A stretch of DNA of 64,000 bases, taken from an uncultured virus (IMG/VR IMGVR_UViG_3300042519_003322). Taxonomy: Duplodnaviria; Heunggongvirae; Uroviricota; Caudoviricetes. A program made the position numbers and the translations under genes. The notes beneath the pieces were generated by a model. That model did not search any database. It worked only from the letters and a program-made list of their open reading frames with translations, and was not told the origin of the DNA. The stretch is from IMG/VR virus record IMGVR_UViG_3300042519_003322; one strand, written 5' to 3'. This document shows, piece by piece, positions 1 through 9,600 of the stretch (position 1 is the stretch's first letter; every line of letters begins with the position of its first letter).

Positions 1-373
1 TTGACCACGCCTTTGCTGGCAAGTATCTGGTAGTTCCACCTTTTCTGATTGCGGGCTTGCCGTCAGAGGTCGTCCATTTTTCACGAGTCCACTTCTTTAG
101 AGAGCGCTGTGCTTTCTTCGGCTTGCCCCTATATCCTCCGCCAGCTTTTCGGTATTCCATCGCCAGAAGCTGCGCTTTTCTTGCACTCCACTGACCAGGC
201 TTCCCTCCTCGCGAGCCAGCCATTATTCGGTTCTTAATCCGTTCGCGAACATTCGGCTTCGTGTAAGACATTTTTGCAGTTTTTTCCAGCACCCCTGGGG
301 CATCTTCTACAAACTTTGCGATTGAGTCTTCGACCCAAGCAGGCGAGTCCGGTGAATTTTTATTTTCTCTCAT
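1..373 (-). CDS. DUF5872-like basic phage protein (partial, runs off the window)
   Basis: Not in the ORF track. Hand translation from ATG at 373 reads MRENKNSPDSPAWVEDSIAKFVEDAPGVLEKTAKMSYTKPNVRERIKNRIMAGSRGGKPGQWSARKAQLLAMEYRKAGGGY, and GGKPGQWSARKAQ...Y..AGGGY is the DUF5872-type signature. ATGA overlap with the upstream gene. Confidence 0.75.
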   Translation of the reverse strand, partial: MRENKNSPDSPAWVEDSIAKFVEDAPGVLEKTAKMSYTKPNVRERIKNRIMAGSRGGKPGQWSARKAQLLAMEYRKAGGGYRGKPKKAQRSLKKWTREKWTTSDGKPAIRKGGTTRYLPAKAWS

Positions 374-612
374 TTTTTCTTTTTCTCTTTTTGTTCTCTC
401 TTGAGCGGCTTCATATATATAGGTGGCGTTGGAGTGCCCAAGGACGGTATGTCTAAAACAGAAACCTTACTATTTTTTGTTTCTTCTTTTGCCTTATTTT
501 TTCCCGTCATTTGTCTTTTCGCAACAGGTAGTCCACGTTTTCCTATTTCGTTTAATTCTAAACTAAAAATATCTTTGTTGTCTTCTTCTTTACCAGGGCC
601 CATAGTGTCCAT
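370..612 (-). CDS. small basic hypothetical protein
   Basis: 80-aa ORF that fills the gap between flanking minus-strand genes and overlaps both; exact start uncertain. Confidence 0.5.
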   Translation of the reverse strand: MDTMGPGKEEDNKDIFSLELNEIGKRGLPVAKRQMTGKNKAKEETKNSKVSVLDIPSLGTPTPPIYMKPLKREQKEKKKK

Positions 613-3600
613 TTTCGCTCATGCTCTTTTCTGCTTCTTCAAGGCTGAATACACTTACGTCCTGCTCTGCAATGTTGCCAATGGCGTAATAAACAGCCTT
701 CGGGATTTCAACTTCATTCCCATTAGAGTAGTCCCTAACCCACTCGACGCCGTCTCTCATGAATTCGTTCCATGCGTGCGGGAACCTGAGTCCTTCGGCA
801 TCTCCTCCCGTTCCAAGGGGATAGCCATGAGCTATTTTCATGCTTTCATAAGTTTCGGCCAAATCTCTTGCCTGCTCTATTGCTTCACTAAAGCAATCTC
901 CGTCTCCGTTAGGGACTTTCTGATTATATTTTTTCTCGAATTCATCGTCATGCAATTGCATACTTCGTAGTAGGCGACCCCCGTTGTCGTCTGTTGCACC
1001 ACTTGAAAGGTGTTTCTGTGCGGCCTGTTCAAAAAGGGCGATAGAAGCATCTTCTACTTCTGTCATATTTGGAACGTTGAACTGATTTGGTACCTCAAAA
1101 CTTGCTATCGGTGTTCTGGCCTCAAAAATCTGATACTCCTGAGACGGGAACCCTTCTACTACCTCTCGCTCGGGAACTCTTACGAGATATGTTTTACTTG
1201 TTGGGAAGGCATTGCGCACGTATCCCCTGCTAGGCCCGAAGGAAGCATGGTTATAACTAAGATGTTCTTTGCCTGCTTTTGCTAGCGGATAGGCATATTC
1301 ATATCGCGCCATCACCCTTCGTCCATTATCAATATAGCCACGAGCAATGTCCCTCAAATATTCAGGATTAATGCGTTCGTCATCTTGGCCCGCTACGTAG
1401 GTCTGATATTCCTTGCGGTCCCTATCCCTGCCTGGAACTCTTGTGTTTTGGGCCAACTTTGGCCCATCCCAAACTCCAGTTTCATCATATTCTTTCAGCG
1501 CGAGTTGATAGGCATTGAAATTGCTTTCCGCCTCCTCGTAGAGGCTAATTATACTGTTTCGGGTTGTCTCATTGAGCCTCTGGGTATCCATGCCTTGACG
1601 CAAGTAGGTTCCGTCTCCGCCCTTGGGTAGCGTAAATGATGGGTCGAGGACTCCGCCCTCGAGTATCGGTGCGCCAGTATGAATCAACCACATCGCATCG
1701 GGGTCATCTTTGGTTAACGACCACTCCCTGTCCTCCCACGAACCACGTGATTCTCTTATTTTTTTGCCACGTTCGGCTAGGGCTGCAAAATTTGGGAGGT
1801 CGGCGATTGATACGGCATTTACATGTGCAATATCTCCATCATTTTCCATTCTGTCCAAATTGATAAGTCGTTCATTTACGTGGTCTAGTTGTTTTTCAAT
1901 TTGAGATAGGTAGCCATTAAATGTGGAACTTAAAGTGTCCTTGTCCCCCATCCCACTTGATTCTTCTGCTGAGATATTTCGGGTTATGCCTGATTTGGGA
2001 TTTTTCGTTCGTGGTAATGCGACGCCGTTTGTTTCCCCATTCCATACGCCCGTTTTTTGCCATTCATCAATAGTTTTTGACAAGGCAGATTGTTCGTCTT
2101 GTAATACTTTTTGCAACCGTTCTAAGTCTGCTCGCCCAAAAGTATTTCGTAATTCCGACCCTGATTTGCCAAATGAATCACTTGCAGTGACGTCCATCCA
2201 TTGAGAAAGTATTGTTGAACCACTACTAAGAGTGTCGCCACCAGAAGAGAGGGATTCCTGTTCTGAGTCTTCTATGAACTTTCGTTTAGCATCCTCAAAT
2301 TCAGAAACCGCTTTCTCAAATTTAATTTGCGTCTTACTCTCTTTATCACGACGCTTGCCTTTGTCTAGGACGTCAGCTGGCCAATTATTTTCAATAGCAC
2401 CATCAACAATTGCTTGTAGAACTTTTGCCGTTGCTTCGGCGTCCGCATCGGCGTTATGATGCTTGTCCCCAAGGTCAACGCCAAGATATTTAGTTATGTC
2501 CCCAAGTGAGTTTGAAGGTGACTTGGTCCCATCCTTGTTCACTCTGAACGGTGCGTCGGGATTCGTCTCTGACCATTTTGGAAGTACCATGTCGGAAATT
2601 TCCTTGGTGTCAATAATTCCCTTGGGTCTCCATTCAATGCCTGATTCTTTCAACGCGTCTTCTAGGACTTCGTTATCGAAAACAGCATTTTGCATGCCCA
2701 TCAACTCTGTATCACCCATGAATTCAACCAGTTGCCTATGGGCCTCTGCTATTGAAGGCTTGTCTGCTAGGTATGCATCTGTTATTGGGTTGCCATCTCC
2801 ATCCTTGAGATTGTCTTGCGACCATTTTTCCCATTCCGACATTGGCATGCCGGGGTTAACAAAAACGTTGAATCGCGCAATTACTTCACCATTCTTCATT
2901 TTTACAGCGCCTATTTGAGTAGGAGAGCCGTTCCCTGCAGATTCGTTGAACTTGTCAAATTTAAGACCAGTTGTTTCGTAGTCAATGAAAACTATTTCTT
3001 TGTCTGCAATGGCGCTCTTGAAATCTTCCCAATTAGTTATTCCGTCAAATTCCGAATCCGCAGAGCCAATAAAGGCGCCCATGGTTGGCTTACGAGGATA
3101 TTGCGGAGGCTTCGCTCCAGATGAAAGCTCTTGTATTTGCGCCATGAAGCTTCTATTTGTTGCATAATTATGCGCGTGGGTATTTCGTAATTTTTCGCTC
3201 GAAATAGTGAAGGTATGTTTCTTTCTGACGTTCGTCTGTCCTCTGGCGCCTAAATCAACTGTTGATGTTTCATGACTAACTAAAGCATCCCCGAGTTTTT
3301 CTTTGAGGGATTCCAGCATGTCCGGCGTTGAGTCGTCTGTTTCTATGGCAACAAGATTGTATGAATTGTTTCTGTTGCCAGAAGACAGTGCCGCGCTTCG
3401 TGCTTGTCCGTCCGTCTTGAGAACTAAGGCACCCTTTTCTTGAGGGTCAAAAGCGCCAACCTGACGTAGGGTGACTACTTCTTTATATAGTCCTGCTGGG
3501 TCCGGCTCAACGCTAATAACTTCAAGCCTTCCTCCAGAAATATGCTCACGTGGGCTCCTGTTACTGCTTTCATCATATAATGACTCGTGATAATACAGTG

Positions 3601-6600
3601 CCTCGTAATAGCCTTCGTGGTCTTCTGGAAGGGGCTCTCCCTCCCATTCGAGATTTATGCTTTCATTTCCTGTTTCTTCAAGAGCTTCTCCCATCTCCGT
3701 TTTTAAACGGCGCCTCTCCGATGGGTCTCTAGACTCTCTATAGTCTTCAACAAGTTTAATAAGTCTGTTAGCAAACTCTGTATCAAACTCGATATTCTCT
3801 TCATCAATTTCTCCTCTTTCTACACCAGCCAAGATGCTTTCCGCAAACTCATTAATATTGTAAAGAGTGTCGCTTTCATCCGTGCTATTGAAAAGTGGTT
3901 CAAATGTTCCTTCTGCTTTATAGGCGCCAGGGAAGTCTTCGAGAACCAAAAGAGCATCGGTACCAAACTTGGTCAAAAAATGTCCTCCACTAGGGGATGG
4001 TCCTTTATCAACAAAAGCAATTAATGGAATATCGACCTGAGCACCAACTTGCATTGCGTCAAAAAATTGTTTTGCTTCTTCCGGGGAGGAGAATGTCATG
4101 GCCCTGTATAGATAGGGCTGTCTGTCGTATTTGCCTTTATTTAGCAAAGAATCAACGATGTTGGCCATAATATAGCGAGCCTGCTCGGTTCTTGCTTCTG
4201 GAGAGACGGTGGCGTCAAATCGCATTGCATCTCCCCAAAATCCACGAGTTTCATCAATATTGGGGTCTCTGTCAGAATAATCTTTTATTCCGGCAAGTTC
4301 GTAAGAAGCCATTCTTATCTGACGACACGGCATCCATTCTTCCCAGTCCCTTACCGACTCGCTCATTACTTGTTCTTTTTGTTGCTGGTCGTGGTCGGGT
4401 AATGCTCCCACTGCAGCATAATCAATAATGTCTTCGACGGATTTCCATTTTGGAGTATGGGGTTTTTTCCCAGAAGATAAAGATTCTTTTCTTGACGGCG
4501 TACTAGTCCGACCCTCCCCTGTCCGCACCACGTCAAATATTCTAGACATGACGCTGCGTTCTCCATCCGGAGCAACCCTCGTCTCAGCGTTAGAAGAAAG
4601 TTGAATCGTCGGCCTTCCGTCGGTACGAGCTGCCCATGGCAAATTACTGGGGTCAACACCGGCGAGCGCATACACGTCATCGCGTAGTTTTTTGCTCAGA
4701 GCAAGTTTGGGCATGTCTTTGTTTGGATGCATAATTGCAACAAATGCTTCGGCAATAGCTTCCCGCTTGTTTACATTTCCATATGACGTTGCCGTTAGGG
4801 CCTTGTCGCGATTGGCTCCGAACATTTCCTCCGCACTACGTTCAGTTAAGTCTATGAACTCAGACCAGATTTTAATAGCCTCATCGTCCGCATCGGGGTT
4901 CATGTACTCGTCTGCTACTTCTAATGCAGCGACATAGCGTGGGTCACCAATATCCCCGGAGCCGTAGAAAGACTTTTCTTTGCGCGATTTACCATTCGCC
5001 TCCGAGTCCCATGCGGCCCTGTAATGAAGCCAGTGACCATATTCGTGCATTACAACACCGTGGAGCGACCTATCAACGTGTGCATCTCGTGGTTGAGGAA
5101 TTCTGGCAGGGTCAAGATTAATCGGGTAAACGCCTTTTTCATTCGTTGTCATCGACTCTCTGTCAATGAGGGCGCGTGGTGCTAGCCCTATTAATCCAAA
5201 TGCAGGAGAAGATAAACCGCTAATAAATTGCGACTTTTCCGCTCCGCGTTGCTGACGACTGAGTTCTAAGCGTTCTTTCATTTCGGGAGATACTTCAAAA
5301 CCCTCCATTGCTTCACGCGTGAAGGAAACAATCATCGGCGAACCAAAGTTTTCAAACATCCACAACATCTGTGGAGAAGATTTGAGCATTCCCTCCACTA
5401 ACTCTTGTGTAGCTTTTACGTTCTCTGGTGAGTAATCAATATCTAGACTGTTTTTATTAGCCCTCAACTCGTCGTAGTACTTCTGCAGGAACTCGCGCTC
5501 TTTGCTGTTTGTTCTCCATGAACCACCAGCCATATCGTCTGCCCACATTTCAAAATGTTCCGCTTGTGAGCTCGGAATAATAACGCGAGAGATTTCTTCT
5601 GGGGTCATTCCAGCAAGCCACTTATTTGAGTTTCTGCGTACTTCATTCCCGGAAGCATCTGGCTTGCCGTACCCCTTTACTGCACGTCTTCCTGGTTCAA
5701 TAGTTGGGCGTCTCAGAATGGGTCTTGCAAGTATGCGAGGACGCTCTCGTCCGGATGCAAGTCTATTGCTCATTCCTAAGGCGTCATACGCAAGAGCAAG
5801 CTCAACATCTTCAGGGTCGGCTTCATAGATTGACTTACGGCCAGATGAAAGCCCCTTAGTGGTTGATGCTGCATCAAGTTTCTTGATAACGGAACCAAAA
5901 TCACCTGCATATACGCGTGGTGTTGATGTGCGTGTATCGCCTACGTCTTGATATGCGACGTCAAGTATGGTTCTTGCTCGATTAATGCGCTGAACGATTC
6001 CTGTAGTATCTTTTGCCTCATCATTTCTACCCTCTTTGATTCGATTGGCAGAGTAAAGTAAATAGTGAAGGTGTTTTACAGCTAATTTTTCTTTTGGCGT
6101 CAAAGGAGAATCGGGGTGGTCAATGATTGACATCATGGCTAGGTCATTGGCCCACTCCCCGTGACGGTCAAAGCCTCTTCCTGTTCCCAAGTGCCCGAAT
6201 AGGTCATGAGAATCCTGAAGAGCCTTACCAGTGAGCCCCATATTAAATTTAGATGGGTCAGTTATCCCGCCGATGTAACCACGAATATAGGTAGAAGAGT
6301 TGTGAATTCTTCTAGAGCCTTGAACAAAGAGTCCCTCATCCCCCATCAATTTGCCAGCCCGACGCGAAAGCTCCACCATAAATTCTGAATGTTTTTTCCA
6401 TGCCTCGATATATGGCTTGGGCAATGTGTCTTGCTGTAAGCGTGGAAGACTGAGCTTGTCACCCGCTATTACGAATCCTAATGGAGCTATCATTTCCAAC
6501 AATGGGAATCTAGTTCTGGCTTCTTCGCTCTCAAATTCCAAGGAAGAGCTGCCATCTTTATCTATTTTTCTTGCAACAATATTGCCATCAGTGTCGAGCC

Positions 6601-9600
6601 AAACATTGTTTTTAAATATAAGAGTGTCTTTAAGTGCTTCATCAAGTATCGAAAGAACATCATCTCGTTTTGGTAGCTCGACAGTACTCCAGTCTCGTTT
6701 GTCTGGAATTTGTTCTGCCAGTTGAGGTATTGGGTCAGCAGACACGAACGGGATTCCGTCAGAAGCAATATCAATCGCTATCGAGGACAGTAACTGCTCC
6801 CCAGTTTCGGAAAATGCGTCGCTGACCTCAACATCTAAGAGTGTTTTTTCAGCAATTTCGTCCAATAAACCAGGAATAGTATTTTCAATAGTGTTCTTTT
6901 GATTTGTTGTTAGCTCTGTGCCGGTTTTTTCTTCTATTTTTTTTATTATTCTTTCAGCAACTCTTTTGCTGGTCAACACCTCTCGCGATGAGCCCATTCG
7001 AGTGGCCTCTTCTTGAGTTACTTCTCTTGGTTCATCAAACGCATCCGCGAGGTTTGCTCCAGATTTTGGCGTACGTCGTTGTACTCTTCCAGAAGAAAAC
7101 CCACTGTCTTCATAAATTGTTTCAATTCTGGCTGAGGAGTACTTATCCGAATTGCTATCGTAAATTCTTAATTTTGCATTAGGACTCAATCGGCCGTAGT
7201 CATAGGCGGCCATGCGAGAAGAGGCGCTATTTACATAAAAATTATCAAATTCTGCCAACCTGACACTTGGGTGGTCTGCGTGAGGCGACCCCACGACACC
7301 TTCGGCATATTCGGGGTATTCTTTCGGTATATCCTGCAGTGCGACCACCCCCACCCGGTCGTCGGCATTCGGCGTTTCTGAAAAACTTTCTCCGCCTAAA
7401 AGCGTCGGCGTAATATATTCGGGATGCCCATTGTGCAGTTTGCCTACTTCAAGCAAGGCCTCATGAACGGATTCCTTCAATTCCTTGCCAGAGCCTTCCA
7501 CGACCTTTCCTTTTTTCATTGGTATGACAAGTCCTTCACCTGGCTTTGGTGTGAGGAATGTGTCAACTACGAAAAGGTTGTCCAAGGAGCCGGGGTTAGC
7601 GTCAAGTACGTCTCTTAGTGGAACGATGATAACGCTTGTTGATTCCGTGGGCTCATTTCTCCACATATGACCCTTGACCATGTGATTAAGGGTCATATGT
7701 ATGGAATCGCGGTCTGGCATGGCGACTGGCTTGCCTGATATGGGGTCCAATAATTGCTCGCCAGTATTGGGGTCAATTGGGATAAAATCCCCGGTTGGTT
7801 TAAGAATAATATTGCCGTCGTCATCATACTGAGGCTTATATGATGTTTGGTGAACAAGAAACATGTCATCGATGCCTAGTGCTCTTGTTGTGCGGACGGT
7901 GTCGCCGTATTCATTGGTTCTTGTCGGGCCAAGAACGACTTGCATATTTGGCGTGTCGTCCCAATAGGTGCCGTCAACGTCCCACATCTGTTCGTTGTAC
8001 ACCTTCGCAGCCGATACGAAATCTCGTCGGTTGTTTACTAAAAGCTCCTCACCAATTTTTGCCAAACGTTCCAGTTCTTCTAGGGCAGGCTTATCTCCCC
8101 GCTTCGCAGCATAAGTTAAAGCTGCGACTAGGCCAACTTTTCTATTGCCAACACGCCCAGCCTCAATGTCGTCAAGAAGAGAAACTGCTTGAATCGCATG
8201 AAACATTTTCAACGCCCACTCTTGTCCTTCGGTGGAGGTTTTGGGCAGTCCGACAATTGCGTAAGGATTTAGAGGGACTATCTCTATATCTTCGGTATTG
8301 AACTCAGGCTGGAATCGGCCCAAGTCAGTATTGCCAAACGCAAATTTTTTCCCGTCAATTTCGTAAACCGGGAATTCCATATATTGTTTTTGACTAGAGG
8401 TGGGGTCGGGCGTACCGCCAGAATCAATTAATTTAGTACCTAGTTTCGGAAACTCCGTTGAACGCATCATCTCGACTGGTTCTGTTTTTACGGTTCCGAT
8501 GCGCCCACTGGAAAGTGCGCCGGCTGGAGTCTTTCTCTTGGATACTTCACGCACGTAAAGAATCGACAATTCTTTTTCTTTGAATAATTCCGTTGCTCGT
8601 TGGAATTTGAGAAGATTTTCTGGGGTTGAGTCAGTTTCAAATAAGCCCGTATCAGGATTTTTCCGTATTAATGACGATATCCGGGATTTCTCTTCCGGAC
8701 TAAACCAGTTCTGTTCAGTATCATCGAGGGCTTCTGCGATTGTCCCAAGAAAAGTTTGTTTCCCTGGTTCCCCGGCCCACGTGAATCCATTTCTAGGCCA
8801 GTGCGTCGCCCCAATGGATTCTTCGGTATTGGACGTCCCCGCTGCAAATATTTTTAATTGACCGATAGCTTCGTATATTTTTTCATTTCTTGCATTGAAT
8901 GCGCTTCCTATGCCGTGTCCTTGAGACTCCGAATTCAGAAAGAAAGTCTCATGCTGCATCGTCGCCGTTGGTTTATCTCCAGGAAAATACGAAAGCATTC
9001 TTGCGGAGCGACCAAATTGCACTTCTCCTTGGGTGCCGGGCCCAACCGACATCATCTCATCCCAAATCATTTCATCTGGCACCCCGGCTGCAGTTAGTCG
9101 TTCTGCGGCATCGGCAGTGGGGGTTAGTTTGAATTGAAATCTTGCGGCTAGGCCAATGCCGGTTGAATCGGCTGAAAGAAATGGTTCAAAAGTTTGGTCT
9201 TGGACTAGTTGTATATCTTCTTCACTTACTTCGTCTATCTCCACCTGCCAGCCAAGGGCTTCGAAAGATTCAGCAACATCAACAACAACAGTTTTTCCTA
9301 AATTTATTTTTTCGCCATTAGTAGCGGTGACGATGATGTCTTCCTCTAACTCAATTTCTCCACTAAAAATTTCACGTAATAAATCATGCACTCTTTTTCT
9401 TTGTGCTGCACGCTCTGGTGAATCATTTAAAATATCTATTCCTGTGCCAAATACATCAGTATCTTCACTATACGAGTCGGCGCTATCAAGTAAATCGCTT
9501 CTTAATAATTCATTAAGCTCGTCTATCTGACGCAACTTTTCTTCGGTTAATTCTGGCTGAGCATCGACAAGCTCTTGATATTTTTTTCCAGACGAAAGAC

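Noticed and set aside
268..290. Possible frameshift at two adjacent A-runs in the first gene
   Set aside because: Counting bases shows the frame is continuous (CTG GAA AAA ACT GCA AAA ATG).
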